Shown: positions 35,488 through 46,767 of the stretch, piece after piece
Position numbering within the stretch: position 1 is the stretch's first letter
How the letters are laid out: the number at the start of each line of letters is the position of its first letter
Origin: Candidatus Latescibacterota bacterium
Lineage (GTDB): Bacteria; Latescibacterota; UBA2968; GCA-2709665
Direction of reading: 5' to 3'
DNA: 64,000 bases
Assembly (NCBI GenBank): GCA_965226795.1
Contig: CBDDDZ010000005.1
Span: 2,208,001 to 2,272,000, forward strand
Notes under the pieces: model-generated
What the model saw: only the letters and a program-made list of their open reading frames with translations
What the model was told of the DNA's origin: nothing
Database searches by the model: none
Translations under genes and position numbers: made by a program

Positions 35488-36033
35488 TCAGTTCAGGAGT
35501 ATTGTGTCCCGGACCCGAAGGATTTCGCATTCCGTGAACATACTCTCTTGGTACGTCAATCTTACCCCTTCGCAGTAGTTGCACGAAGGCCCCCAGACTC
35601 CATGGTCCGCATCGGGAAGGCAACCGACCGCACTGGCTTCGACAAAACCTCCGTGAGAGATTACGAGAGCCCGGCCGCCTTCCGGGAGCGACCGGGCGAC
35701 GTCGCCGTGAAAAACGGCCAGTTCTCTGGCGAAGTTGGTGACGACGCTATCCGGATGTTGACGAATATAGGCAGAGAATCCGCCAAAGCCAGCGTCAAAA
35801 TTTATCTCCACGTCCGAAGGCATGGACGCCAGCAGTTCGACCTGATGGTCAACTGCAAATCCCATCGCAATACCGGTTTCGAATGCGCGCGGGACAGGAC
35901 TGGTATAGACCTTGTCGAATCTCGCCATTCCCGCGCCAACCCGCCTGGCGAGGTCGACGCCGGCCTGCGAGAGATGCTGACCGGGTTTCGTTCTCATGGC
36001 GTGTCGTCGATGCTCAATGAATCTGGCGGGCAT
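35488..36033 (-). CDS. Histidine phosphatase family protein
   Basis: EHRRHA, YTSPVPRAFET, VISHG. Confidence 0.8.
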   Translation of the reverse strand: MPARFIEHRRHAMRTKPGQHLSQAGVDLARRVGAGMARFDKVYTSPVPRAFETGIAMGFAVDHQVELLASMPSDVEINFDAGFGGFSAYIRQHPDSVVTNFARELAVFHGDVARSLPEGGRALVISHGGFVEASAVGCLPDADHGVWGPSCNYCEGVRLTYQESMFTECEILRVRDTILLN

Positions 36034-36168
36034 TCGCGGAACCTTGTTAGGAGACTGTTCTGTCGTCTGCGTCGCGCGGCGATTCAGCGCCCTCGTACCT
36101 CGATGGGCTTGCGCGAGGATTGGCCGGGAGCCCATCCGGGTGTGTTTTACGTAGTCGAAACGAACGCG

Positions 36169-36912
36169 TTACGTGACCGTGAAGATAGCGTCAGGCAACT
36201 CAGATAGGGATCCGATGGTGAGATCAAAATGGTCCAATCCCGCGCCGCCCACCTTGACCGTCTTTGCGCCAAGCTTCCTGGCGGCCAGAAGCGGGCTGTC
36301 GTCATCATCCACAACGATTGAAACTTCCGGCAAGGCCCCGACTTCCTTCAGAATCCTGGCGTGGAAAGTTCTGTGCCCCTTGTGATAGCCGACCAAATCA
36401 GATCCAAAGGGTTTACCTATCAGTTCACGTACATCCATTCCGGACAGCAAGGTCTCTATGACCCAGGAGGGATTGCCCGATGCGGTATGGATTTCGAAGT
36501 TTTTCGCCAGGGCCTTGATGGCCGTTCCGGATCCCGGAAAAACCGCATTGGTGTTCAGATACACGTTGGTGAGTGCGCGTTCGGCAGCGTCGACACGCTC
36601 CTCGAAAGTGCACGGCGCCTCGACTCCAACTTCATCACACAGTTGCAAGACCCACTCGGCATGGAGACGGTCCCACCATCGGGAAAGATTCAGTCTTCGC
36701 AATCCCAACGCCTCCCTGTACTCTTCGTTTCCGTTATTCCAGACCCACAGCCATAGCCTTTCCTGATGCTCAGCCCAGATATCGGTGTCTCCACCCAGCC
36801 ATTCGCTGAACGCGGCGCCAGCCAACCTGCTGCTCTCCGATTCCCATTTGGCGTTATCGAAGATCACCCCGTCAACATCCAGAAAGAGAAACCTGAGATC
36901 GTCCTGGCTCAT
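36169..36912 (-). CDS. HAD-family hydrolase
   Basis: FLDVDGV, TASGN, VVDDD. Confidence 0.85.
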   Translation of the reverse strand: MSQDDLRFLFLDVDGVIFDNAKWESESSRLAGAAFSEWLGGDTDIWAEHQERLWLWVWNNGNEEYREALGLRRLNLSRWWDRLHAEWVLQLCDEVGVEAPCTFEERVDAAERALTNVYLNTNAVFPGSGTAIKALAKNFEIHTASGNPSWVIETLLSGMDVRELIGKPFGSDLVGYHKGHRTFHARILKEVGALPEVSIVVDDDDSPLLAARKLGAKTVKVGGAGLDHFDLTIGSLSELPDAIFTVT

Positions 36913-36977
36913 TTTATCTCTCGTTTCGCATCGAAGCCACGAAGCAGTATGGTCATCACCAACGCGTCTAACACCTG

Positions 36978-37845
36978 TTAGCCCGCTTTTCGGAAGAACG
37001 CCATCAGATCTGCGCGCACCCGCGCGCTTCTGTGGACAACGCTGTGAGGTTCTTCCGGATACATCCGGAATTCGGCGCCGGGGATCTTCGTTGTCAGATC
37101 CTTGCCCCAATCCACGGGAACTTCCCGGTCCCTGGCTCCGTGAACCACAAGCGTGGGCGCCTCTATCCAACTGCATTCGACAGTTAAATCTCTGTCAAGG
37201 TACGCGTCACACGACCGCAACTGGGTCTCATACCACTGCACCCCTTCCGGCAGACTGGACTTGGCCACGAGCTTCCGGATTCGCGCTTCATATTCCGCCA
37301 GGGCGCCCCGCTCCTCCATCTCTTCTCGTTCCCACAGAACATCCGGAGAAAGTCCGACACCTTCCGGCCTGTTCTTCCACGCAGCTCCAGAACCCTGTTT
37401 ATAAAGGATCTCCAACTGTTCCCTGACAATTCGGGTAACCTGGTCTTCCTGTGGCCAGAGATCCGCTGCGGTACCGGCCAGTACCAGTGTCTTCACTTTC
37501 TCGGGGTGGAGCGTTGCAAACAGGATCGCAATCGGACCTCCCGCGGAGGAACCGATTACGTGTGCTCTTTCCATGTCGAGGTGGTCCAGCAGTTCGGACA
37601 GGTCGCGCCTGATTCGCGATGTCATAGCCGGATTCCGGACGGGAAGACAGCCAGCAGCCCCGGCGATCGCACATCACAAACCGGAATTCCGGCGTGAAAT
37701 CAATCTCCCAACCCCACTGGCCGCTCTGATCGGCACGGAGATGCATGTCGAGCGAAGGAAATCCCCCGTGGATGAACACGACAACGTCCCCCTCCCCCCG
37801 CACGTCGTAGAACAGCCTGAAGCCGTTTATGGTAGCATATGGCAT
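36978..37845 (-). pseudogene. Alpha/beta hydrolase, frameshifted near 37610
   Basis: VFIHGG, DRRGC in one frame; GSSAGG, VHGARD, H in the next. Confidence 0.8.
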
Positions 37846-37864
37846 GATCGTTCTCGCGATACCT

Positions 37865-38269
37865 TCACGACCTCCTGGTTTTCAGATGCCCGATGATCTT
37901 TCGATCCGCCTCGAATGCCATGTCCGCCGGCGGCTGCCCAAGAGGAAACAGCTCGACTTCAGCGGCATCGTCTCCGGCAACGAGGTCGCCCCCTTTTTCC
38001 TTGACGAAGAAATAGACGCCAACGACGCTGCGCTCCGGCGAGTGATGGGTCGAGAGCACGTCCAGGACGTCGCCGACTTCCACGTCCAGGCCCGTCTCTT
38101 CCCTGATCTCGCATCTCACGGCCGTTCGAACGTCCTCGCCAACCTCGACGTTACCGCAAGGGATACACCATTTGCCCCTGTATGCCCCGTATTTCCGCCG
38201 GACCAGAACGATTCGGTTACCCCTGAGAATCACCCCGGCGACGCCCGCTTTCACGAAATGCGACGGCAT
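37865..38269 (-). CDS. NUDIX hydrolase
   Basis: PCGNVEVGED...EIREETG; AGDDA. Confidence 0.85.
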   Translation of the reverse strand: MPSHFVKAGVAGVILRGNRIVLVRRKYGAYRGKWCIPCGNVEVGEDVRTAVRCEIREETGLDVEVGDVLDVLSTHHSPERSVVGVYFFVKEKGGDLVAGDDAAEVELFPLGQPPADMAFEADRKIIGHLKTRRS

Positions 38270-38276
38270 TGTTTTT

Positions 38277-38335
38277 ACCCTTCAACAGCCCTTCGCCGAC
38301 CCTTCGACAAGCTCAGGGAGCGGCTCAGGGCACGG
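38277..38335 (+). repeat. Nested CCCTTCGACA(A/G)GCTCAGG micro-repeat
   Basis: CCCTTCAACAG CCCTTCGCCGA CCCTTCGACAAGCTCAGGGA GCGGCTCAGGGCA; related copies at ~1668-1712, ~50661-50750 (inverted) and ~57444-57459. Confidence 0.8.
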
Positions 38336-38988
38336 TTGGAACGCTTCGTTACACGTCCTCCGCATTGGAATCCGGAAATATGCTTTGTGCATCGGGTGGC
38401 AACCGGCAGACATGTGTGAAAAAGGCCAACGATTTTTCAATATCCTCTGCCGGAAATCGATATCGATAGTGATTTCCGGCGGACTGCGCGGCCCGGACAA
38501 ACAACCCGTGTATTGCCAGCAGCGACTCCCGGATATCGTCGTAATCCGATCCGGAGTAGGTGCGCTCGAACTCCCGCCATTCCTCAGGTTCGAGGTGTTT
38601 CTCCAGGTTTTTACCTTCGCTGCCCAGCGATCTCTCGAATCCCTTCGTTCACCGGGATCCGGGAGATCCGGAATGAGACCGTCCTTGTCCAGCAGGACCC
38701 GGGTGAGGCTGTCGAACGGTCGACTCTCCAGCATCTCAACAGGCAAAAACGCCATGCGAGAATCAACGTTTTTCTAATCCGCCAACGAATCACTCGGTGC
38801 CAAATGGGTCAAGAACAGGAAAGCGAGCCAGTAGTGTAACGTTGGCAGAAGTCGCAGGTACGACAGTTCCCTCAGATTTCGAGATCAATGCGTAAATACA
38901 GTTCTCATAATAGTATGGCTCGTTCTTTCTGACCTACATCCCATCGGTTGGAGAAGCGCAATTGCTGACAAAATGGGGTTCTACGCTC

Positions 38989-39897
38989 TTATCCCGTCCC
39001 GACAAGAACGAGCCCTGCGAATACCACGACGACGCCAATGTACTTGGAAACATATGCGGGTTCTTTGAGAATGAGGATACCCAAAACAGTGCCCAAAGGA
39101 ACGCTGATCTGCCGAAATGCAACGACATAGCTTACGTTTGAGACAAAGGCGAGACTGATCAGAACCAAGGTATAAGTGGCAAACATGCCAGCCCCCGCCA
39201 GTAAGGCTAGGGATGGCCGCGTTTTCAGGATTTCCCGCACAACATTGCGACCACGATCTCGAAATAGAACCCACGTCCCCAGCCAGAGAGAGGTGGTGAG
39301 GCCTTCGAAAAAAGCGTATAACATCGTAGCCTGCCACGCTGCAATGGGAAGGGCGGAAGGTTCTCTCAGGCGTCGCAAAGCTTCGTCATCGATGATGGTA
39401 TAGCCCGCCGTTGCGAAGGCGGCCGACAACGCAAACAATACGGATGAATTCAAGTAGTTGCCAATTCGAAAATCGCCAAAGCTCTTCATGGGCAGGGCAA
39501 ACATCCCAACCAATACCAGTACAATCCCACAGATGCATTGTGCGCTGACCTGGTCCGATCGATTAAGAAAAAGTGTGACAATTATGACTATGATGATTGG
39601 AGAGGACCGTGCGATGGGATAGACTATGGAAAGGTCTCCCCTACGGTAGGCGTTAGCCAACCCGAGCATGTAGAGGGCCTGAACAAATCCTGTTGCGGCA
39701 AGCAACAGCCAAACTGAGGCAGGGAAGGCTGGAATTGCGGAACCGAACAGGACAAGCGTAGGCAACAAACACAGAAATCCAAATGTGTTGGCCAACAGAA
39801 AGAAGGCAGCGGACGGTTGTTCCCGCTTACCCAGCAGGTTCCAGCCTACGTGAGTGAAGGCCGAGATGAGAATCAGGACGACGGCGGTGAGGGTCAC
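38989..39897 (-). CDS. DMT/EamA-family transporter
   Basis: HVGWN, AYRRGDLSIVYPIAR, VSYVVAFRQ; multiple TM segments. Confidence 0.9.
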   Translation of the reverse strand: MTLTAVVLILISAFTHVGWNLLGKREQPSAAFFLLANTFGFLCLLPTLVLFGSAIPAFPASVWLLLAATGFVQALYMLGLANAYRRGDLSIVYPIARSSPIIIVIIVTLFLNRSDQVSAQCICGIVLVLVGMFALPMKSFGDFRIGNYLNSSVLFALSAAFATAGYTIIDDEALRRLREPSALPIAAWQATMLYAFFEGLTTSLWLGTWVLFRDRGRNVVREILKTRPSLALLAGAGMFATYTLVLISLAFVSNVSYVVAFRQISVPLGTVLGILILKEPAYVSKYIGVVVVFAGLVLVGTG

Positions 39898-40202
39898 GGC
39901 GACATTTTTCGAATTCTACGGTGATCTGTCTTCGTGGAAAATACGTATATTCGGTAGATAGACTCGACGGTTTCCAATCGCCACATTGGTAAACAGGTAC
40001 CCCTTACGTTCCCATCTGTTGTGAGACAATTGCCCACCTAAAATAGAGAACGACGGAGCGGGCGAACGAGCGTCGAACGGTGTTTGATGAATCAGGTCTT
40101 CCAAAGGCCCCAATAGAGACTCGGATCCTTTCGCTGTAGAATTACGGCAATCCTTTAGGCGGGTCAAATCCGATCTGCCGACCAGAGATGCTTGGAAGCC
40201 AA

Positions 40203-41132
40203 TCACACTCCGGCGGCGGCGATGAAGTTGCGAAATACGTCGCGATAATCAGGCTGCGAATCCGCCAGGTCAGGTTGCCACTGACGGGCAGCCATCCAAC
40301 CCAGCGCGATTTTCGTAGCAGTAACCAGTTCGGAACCCTCGAGGCTCCTGAGGCCTGCGGCGCGGCGTTTGACGGCCATTCTATGGACGAGACCCCGGTG
40401 GCCGGGACGATTCCTGTCTCCTGAATTCAAAACCTGGAGATAGGCCGGGTCCAGAATCCACGGTCGACGATTCGGGTGGATATCAATCAGAACCGCACGC
40501 GCGCCTTCCGAAGGCGGATCTCTCATCAAGCCGTTGCACAGGTGGAAGTCATCGAAGCAAGTTTCCGATCCACACTTCTCGAAGACGAAATCCCAATGGT
40601 CGTCGAGTCTAGATAAGAGCACGTCGGCGGATCCCGGACATTGCTGCCTGATCGCTCCCTCGAGCCAGCCGGCAACTTCGGTCTGTGTCGTGACATTCAA
40701 TGCAGGGTCGGAAATCAGCTTCGCCTGTTGATAGAAGCGAATCCCGGCGTCCAGAAACAATTCAAACTCCCTGCCGTTCCAGGCATCGCCCAAGGGCCCG
40801 TAAGGAATCGCTTCCGATGCCAGCCAATGCACGTCAATACTTCCCAGACGTGATCCTGCAGCATAGACGGCAGGCGCCAGGCCGGGAGCCAGGCGATGGA
40901 GTTCCCTGCACCAGAAATTTTCCCGCTCGCTGGTACCAACCTTGACAATGACGACAAGGCCTGTCTCCCGGTGCAAACCCCGGAGATGAACCGCGATCAA
41001 TCCGTATTCCTGGACGAAAAGCTCTATTTCACGCGCGATCAAAGTGATCTCTTCGGTTTTGTTGACGGCTTCGAGAATCGTGCGCAAGACCGCGTCCGAT
41101 CGCGATACCCGTCCATGGTCGAAGATTTCCAC
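40203..41132 (-). CDS. APH-like phosphotransferase
   Basis: VIVKVG, FDDFHLCNGL (Brenner-like), VLID. Confidence 0.65.
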   Translation of the reverse strand: MEIFDHGRVSRSDAVLRTILEAVNKTEEITLIAREIELFVQEYGLIAVHLRGLHRETGLVVIVKVGTSERENFWCRELHRLAPGLAPAVYAAGSRLGSIDVHWLASEAIPYGPLGDAWNGREFELFLDAGIRFYQQAKLISDPALNVTTQTEVAGWLEGAIRQQCPGSADVLLSRLDDHWDFVFEKCGSETCFDDFHLCNGLMRDPPSEGARAVLIDIHPNRRPWILDPAYLQVLNSGDRNRPGHRGLVHRMAVKRRAAGLRSLEGSELVTATKIALGWMAARQWQPDLADSQPDYRDVFRNFIAAAGV

Positions 41133-41229
41133 CGTTTCACTCCTGTCAAGTCCTGTCGTAGCTGGGACCGCTCGTCTCGGACGACCCCGCTCCAGGTTTT
41201 TTTCGTCTGATTGGTCCGGCGCGCGGGCA

Positions 41230-42321
41230 TCAGAAATGGTCCGGCGCCCAGAAGATAACCTCGCGGCGGGGGAACCAATCCTCCAGTTGGCGAGCTTCCC
41301 CGGCCTCCAGCGAGATCCCGCGGGCGCGAAGGATGGGTTCCAATTCGCGGCCAGAGGACTCGCCGAACAGAAGGCGACACATCAGATCGGCCGGCAGCCT
41401 TGGCGCCAACTCCGCCGCCTCGGGTACGGCCATGGCGATCAGCGAACCGAGGTCGAAGGGCAGGGCCATCATCGAGTTGTTGCCAGTGAGTCCCAGATCG
41501 GCGTCAGCGGCAGCAACCAGTGCGTCGACAAACGGGTGGCCATGGGGGATCTCGCCCTGGATCTGCATCACCCCGGCCTCAGCGCACGCGTCGAGCAGGC
41601 ACTGCACAAGGGCATCAAGGGCCGGGCCGCTCTCGTAAGCGACCTCATACACCCTGGCATGTTCGCCGTCGCTCTCCCAGTTGATATACCCGCAGAGTCC
41701 CACCGGGCCACGGACGACGGTAGTGGGCAGCACGCCCCGCACACGGGAGGGGGCGTAGTCCCAGTACGGACGCGGACGCAACAGGCTGCCGCTGCGACCG
41801 GCGTTGTGACGCTGATAGAGCGCTACCGTCTCCTCCAGGTCGCGGCTCTCGTCGAAAGGCAGAACCTCGAGTAGGGACCGGCCCGGCTGCGGAGGACGGC
41901 GCAACTCTGCGTGAAAACCCGTCAGCGGCACGCAACACCAGCCGAGGCGCCGGTAGAAGCGTGCCGGGATCATTGTGAACAGCAGACCCAGGTCGTAAGC
42001 ATCGTGGCGCATGTGCTCCGCCGCATGCTCCATCAGCCGCGTGGCTATGCCGCGTTCCCGGTAGTCCGGATGCGTGGTGACGCCGCCGATGCCGCCCATG
42101 CGGACGGGCGTGGCGCCAACGTGGACCCGGCGGTCCCAGATACGCAGCGTCGATACAATCCGGCTTCCGACAACGACGACGGGTGTCTGTGGCGGACTCC
42201 AGGTCGGATCGCCTTCAATGTAGCCTATGTAGCGCTCGCGGCCCCCGGGGTTGTGCACGGCGCAGAGCAGGTCGAGGAGCTCCTCGAGTTCCGACTCGCG
42301 GATGGGGCGAATCTCTTCCAT
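41230..42321 (-). CDS. Eis-like tandem GNAT acetyltransferase
   Basis: MGGIGGVTTHPDYRERGIA, FYRRLGW, second GNAT-like lobe. Confidence 0.85.
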   Translation of the reverse strand: MEEIRPIRESELEELLDLLCAVHNPGGRERYIGYIEGDPTWSPPQTPVVVVGSRIVSTLRIWDRRVHVGATPVRMGGIGGVTTHPDYRERGIATRLMEHAAEHMRHDAYDLGLLFTMIPARFYRRLGWCCVPLTGFHAELRRPPQPGRSLLEVLPFDESRDLEETVALYQRHNAGRSGSLLRPRPYWDYAPSRVRGVLPTTVVRGPVGLCGYINWESDGEHARVYEVAYESGPALDALVQCLLDACAEAGVMQIQGEIPHGHPFVDALVAAADADLGLTGNNSMMALPFDLGSLIAMAVPEAAELAPRLPADLMCRLLFGESSGRELEPILRARGISLEAGEARQLEDWFPRREVIFWAPDHF

Positions 42322-42373
42322 AGTATCCGTTTTAAACTAATGAGGGCAGCCGCCGCAGCGCGGTATCCTGCCG

Positions 42374-42584
42374 TCACCGATCGAATGCCAGCGACAATCC
42401 GTCAAATGCGACTCTGAACCCATGGCTGGCGGCATACCTGTCCAGTTCGTCGTGTTCCAGGTAGCCTTCGTGTGAAATGTGTGTCGCGTACACCTGCGCG
42501 CCTCGCGCCGGAGCAGGCCTGACACACGCAGAAAGGGTTTGGCATCGAAGGCGCGGCTGATGTGCCAAGAAAGGTGACTTGCAT
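42374..42584 (-). pseudogene. PhnP-like MBL-fold hydrolase with its centre deleted
   Basis: N-terminal MQVTFLGTSAAPSMPNPFCVCQAC directly followed by C-terminal ATHISH...VAFDGL. Confidence 0.7.
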
Positions 42585-42620
42585 CGTTTAACCAGTTTCC
42601 GTCGTGGTACATCGCGAAGC

Positions 42621-43523
42621 TCACGCCAGATGCTCCGTCCGCAGTTGCCGCGACCACTCAAAGTATTCGCCCAGCCGCACCAACTCGAATTCATCGACAA
42701 TGTCGGCGGCGGTGCGTTCCGCAGACTCGCTGTAGATCACCGAAGTGCCCACCTCCCCGGTCGTGACAATGCGCACGGCCTCGCCGTATCGCCGATGAAT
42801 ATCGTCGAACCTGGCCCGATTCTTGTCGAGGTGCACCACTTCATAGTCCAGATTGATGCGCGCCGTGGCCCAACTCTGATAGTTATTGCTCTCTGTCAGT
42901 GTGGTCCCCTGCGGATCGATAATGGTGCAGGGGGTTCCCCTGTACACCGAGCCGACGAAAAAGGCCTGCACGTCCAGAGCCCAGAAGTTCTGCACCAGCC
43001 CGCCGTGGTACATGGAACTGAAAAGCAGCAATTTGGGCTTGAGCTTTTTGTACTGGGCCCGTAATTCCCCAAAGTTCAGATCAAAACAGATCACCCCACC
43101 CACCGGCCCGAATTCGGTGCGGATCAGGGTCGCGCCCGGACCGGGACGAGTGCCGTGGTCGAACTCCGGGTAGACCGGAATGTATTTGCGGTAGATACCG
43201 GCCAATTCCCCCCGCCGATCGAGCAGCCCGAGGACATTGAAGACCGCCCCGCTCTTGCGCTCCTTCTCATGTACCGGCACGGTGATATAGCAGCTGTACT
43301 CCCGGGCCAGGCCGGCCAGAAGCTGAGTTGTCGGCCCCTCGGGCACTTCCTCGTCGCAGTTCCGGCAGATGGTCTCGGGCAGGACGATCAGATCGGGCGT
43401 GGTGGCCCGGGCGACCTGCCCCACCAGGTCCTCCAGATCCTTGTGGGTCTGCTTCATCACCTTCTGGTCGTCTCCGCTGATCGGAGCGTAAGAAATGCTC
43501 GATACGACGATATAATTGCTCAT
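42621..43523 (-). CDS. Carbon-nitrogen hydrolase (nitrilase family)
   Basis: DLIVLPE, YRK, ICFD (E-K-C triad). Confidence 0.9.
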   Translation of the reverse strand: MSNYIVVSSISYAPISGDDQKVMKQTHKDLEDLVGQVARATTPDLIVLPETICRNCDEEVPEGPTTQLLAGLAREYSCYITVPVHEKERKSGAVFNVLGLLDRRGELAGIYRKYIPVYPEFDHGTRPGPGATLIRTEFGPVGGVICFDLNFGELRAQYKKLKPKLLLFSSMYHGGLVQNFWALDVQAFFVGSVYRGTPCTIIDPQGTTLTESNNYQSWATARINLDYEVVHLDKNRARFDDIHRRYGEAVRIVTTGEVGTSVIYSESAERTAADIVDEFELVRLGEYFEWSRQLRTEHLA

Positions 43524-43585
43524 GGTTTTTCCCTTTCGAAAGTCGATCCGTGTGGCTTTAATTCCTTGCTCCGCCAGGGCGATCG

Positions 43586-43982
43586 TTATCCGTCCTGCTC
43601 GACAGCCAAACTCGAGCACCCTTCCGCCGGAGCCTCACGTGCGCCGACCCAGACCTCGTTTCCATCCGGATCGCGAACGCGAAATTCTGTCATGTCGTAG
43701 AATGTTACACCGATGGGATTGGGGTCGAAACCTGCGGCAATTAGGCGTTCTCGTACCGTTTCAATATCGCACGTATAGTAGTAAACGACTGTGGAAGCGT
43801 TCGATTCCTTGCGTATGGATCGGTCAATCATCATCTGGCAACCATGTTCGCCTTCCAGCAAGGCAATGGCCCCACTCGTCTCTGCGGCGGACGACCTGCA
43901 GACCCAGGCCTTGCGAGTAGAAGGCGATAGCCTGATCCAATTGGGTTATCGGAACCATCGAGGTGATACGATGTATGCCCAC
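43586..43982 (-). pseudogene. VOC/glyoxalase protein, frameshifted near 43870
   Basis: LDQAIAFY..GLG in one frame; YDMTEFRVRDPDGN in another. Confidence 0.75.
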
Positions 43983-44053
43983 AGTCTTGCCTCCCAACTG
44001 GTCATCGAACCGCGAAAATGCAGCCCCTCCCATGTATCTTTGTGATTCTCAAT

Positions 44054-44635
44054 TCACTGAACGAATTCAGGCATCAAGACCAGATTAGCTGTGGATCCAT
44101 TTGTCGCGATTAATGAGATATACGCAGCGTTCGGGCAATACATCGGTGTTGAATTCACCCGGTGCATGGCCCGGCGGTACGCGTTCCGTCTCCACGAATC
44201 CCAGCCGGCGGAGAAGACGCACGGACCGTCATTTGCAGCAACGCATCTGGCTTCAATCTCGTCTAGATCCAAATCCGAAAATCCGAAATCAAGCATCGCT
44301 CGAACAGCCTCAGTTGCAAAACCGTTCCCCCAGTGAGCGGGAGACAGTTCATAGCCAATGTCACCTCGCCGGCTACCGGGATTGTCTGTCCGCACCCCGC
44401 AGTCCCCCAGTAATGCTCCGCTCGAACGGTCTGTAATCGCCAACTGGAATTTGCATCTCGGCCTTTCCTGTGACCATCCGATGCATATGTCGACAAAGCA
44501 TTCACACTCCTCCCGACTATAGGCCGGCCGGTAGTAGAATTCCAGGTATCTCGGATCCTCCCTGAATTCCGCAATGGCGTCCACGTCCTGTTCGGTAAAC
44601 TCCCGCAGGCGCAGCCGTTCAGTCAGTTTTTCCAT
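44054..44635 (-). CDS. GNAT N-acetyltransferase (RimJ/RimL), probable frameshift near 44225
   Basis: TERLRLR, DIGYEL...WGNGFATEA; the expected RSVRLLRRLGF is in another frame. Confidence 0.8.
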   Translation of the reverse strand: MEKLTERLRLREFTEQDVDAIAEFREDPRYLEFYYRPAYSREECECFVDICIGWSQERPRCKFQLAITDRSSGALLGDCGVRTDNPGSRRGDIGYELSPAHWGNGFATEAVRAMLDFGFSDLDLDEIEARCVAANDGPCVFSAGWDSWRRNAYRRAMHRVNSTPMYCPNAAYISLIATNGSTANLVLMPEFVQ

Positions 44636-44767
44636 CCCAGAGGACCCGTTTGTAATTTTCTGCTAACGGGAGTCCGGCTTGGGACCCCGCGAATTCGGAG
44701 CAGCGAATGCCAGGAGGCCACGGAACGCCGAAATGGAAAGGCGAAGTCGCTCTTCGAGGAGATCAAA

Positions 44768-45295
44768 TCAACGAGCAGTCTGATAAGAATAATCGACACC
44801 CGCGTCAGAGAAAATCCTGGATAGTTCGGGCACAGAGTCGACCGGGATGAGTAGGATGCACCATCTCCGCAAGATCTCAGGCATCCCATATGATTCCGAA
44901 CCGATGGCTTCGACCGGTTCTCTCGAGATGTACTCGTTGCTGGGCGTCTTCGTGAAATGGCGATCCTCGAAAACATAGACATTGGCCTCGAACTCCATTA
45001 TCCGCCTCTCATCCTCCGTATTTACAAAGATGTAACATTTCTTGTCCGGATCGGTCTCTATTACGAGACACAAGAGCTTGCGCCTGGATGCTTCAGAGTT
45101 TCTGACCCTTATTCGATGTATTCTTGGGAACAGGTGAATTGAAATCTCTTCGAAACCGCCGGCATAGAGCAGGCAGTCCGGGATGTAGCCTGGTTTGGCC
45201 CGGGTACTGCTGCTCCGGAAATCACTGGTACGGTAGAATTTCGTTGGATTGAACACCATGCTCTTGCGGGGAGCAGTTACTTTGTATAGGAGCAT
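44768..45295 (-). CDS. Hypothetical protein
   Basis: 175 aa ORF, no recognised motif. Confidence 0.55.
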   Translation of the reverse strand: MLLYKVTAPRKSMVFNPTKFYRTSDFRSSSTRAKPGYIPDCLLYAGGFEEISIHLFPRIHRIRVRNSEASRRKLLCLVIETDPDKKCYIFVNTEDERRIMEFEANVYVFEDRHFTKTPSNEYISREPVEAIGSESYGMPEILRRWCILLIPVDSVPELSRIFSDAGVDYSYQTAR

Positions 45296-45845
45296 TGTAT
45301 CGACACCGATCTTGCAGCAGAATCAAGCCTAAGGCGATCTCGTACGTCCAACAGGGATACGCCGATACATTCCATTATTTCATATATTTGCCGAGCCTGG
45401 AATTTAGCCTGTACTCCTGGAAATGCGTATGATACAAGGTTCAGCAGGCAAGACAAGTGTTCAGAGCCTGGTGTTTCAACGGAGATTGAGTTCGTTATCA
45501 CGTTCCATTGTAGAGTGTTTCACCAATATCTCCGGACAATCCACCATCGACTTTGGCGAATCGATGGCGTCCCGTCTCAGCGCCGATCCACGGAAAGATC
45601 AGCTACAATCCATTCCTATTAGGAATATAAATTAGCGCCGTCAGCAGAATCCTGAATCGTTCGGGCATTCAGCGGACGCACGCCCGTGGCTGCGGCCAAA
45701 TGTGTCGCGTAGAGTGCAGGCCCGTGTCAGTTTCGTGTTTATTCTCCCGGTTTGCATGGGTGCTCCTATAGAATAGCCCGGGAGCCACGCCGCGCGTGCG
45801 GCACAGCGCATTGCGGCGGTGTTATACGCTGGAAGATACAGAAAC

Positions 45846-46319
45846 CTACCGGTTCAGCTCATCCTTCAATTCCATTCGTACAAATTCGAACTCGCCTCCG
45901 TTTGTCCGATTCATGTAGTGTTCGACTTCTTTGAAACCAACTCGTTGATATACCTTGATTGCCCGTTTGTTGAAAGCCGCAACCCGAAGCTGGATGGCTT
46001 TGGGAGAGAATCGAGATTGCGCGAAATCCAGGCCTGCGCGAACAAACGCCGCCCCTAAACCCTTCCCCGTCAGGTCGGGACGAAGTCCCAGACCGAAATC
46101 CACCACGGCGTCCGTGTTCTGGAACGCAAAGAACCCCACCAATTCGCCTGCGCTATCCCGAACAGCGAACATGGAGTCACCCCGGAGCGCGGGATCGAGA
46201 AGCTCCGCCAGATCTTCGGGATCCGCTTCAGGATCATAAAAGGCGTATTCGCCGTCGTAGTGCCAGGTAGCGATTCTCTCAGCAACAGATTGTTCCAATG
46301 GCTCAATATCGAATCGCAT
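45846..46319 (-). CDS. GNAT N-acetyltransferase
   Basis: GLGLRPDLTGKGLG, VAAFNKRAIKVYQRVGF. Confidence 0.9.
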   Translation of the reverse strand: MRFDIEPLEQSVAERIATWHYDGEYAFYDPEADPEDLAELLDPALRGDSMFAVRDSAGELVGFFAFQNTDAVVDFGLGLRPDLTGKGLGAAFVRAGLDFAQSRFSPKAIQLRVAAFNKRAIKVYQRVGFKEVEHYMNRTNGGEFEFVRMELKDELNR

Positions 46320-46358
46320 CTGATGATATCCGATGCTAACTGCGGATGGCAGTCAAGC

Positions 46359-46721
46359 CTACTTGGGGGTAGGGCTCGTGAAGGTCAGCTTATTCTCAAA
46401 TGGATCCATAAGCCTTAGCTCCGTAAAGCCCCATGCCTGGTCTATGGGCTCTTCCGTCATGTCGCTCTTTTTACCCTTTAGCTCTTCGAAGATATCGAGG
46501 ACGTTTTCGACTTGGAGCAGGGCTGCGCCAGGGCGGCCTGCCGGTTCGCCGAGATGCTCCGATAGATGAAGTGCAAGGCCGCCTCGCGTAACGCCCATAT
46601 AGACGGGGAAATCCACAGCGTGACGCCACTCAAAGTCGATTTTGAACCCCAAAAACCCGATATAATAGCTCTTTGCCACTTCATAATCGTCAATCCGGAG
46701 GATGGGGTAAGCGCGTTCCAT
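46359..46721 (-). CDS. VOC/glyoxalase (bleomycin-resistance-like) protein
   Basis: AYPILR, LGFKIDFEW, LHLSEH, WG..E...DPFENKL. Confidence 0.85.
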   Translation of the reverse strand: MERAYPILRIDDYEVAKSYYIGFLGFKIDFEWRHAVDFPVYMGVTRGGLALHLSEHLGEPAGRPGAALLQVENVLDIFEELKGKKSDMTEEPIDQAWGFTELRLMDPFENKLTFTSPTPK

Positions 46722-46767
46722 GACTATTTTTCTCCTCCTCTGAGGTGTAGATTTTCTTCGATTGACG

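Noticed and set aside
38340..38850. Fragmentary ORFs (VLLDKDG motif) as an aminoglycoside adenylyltransferase
   Set aside because: Too fragmented, with multiple stops, to assign
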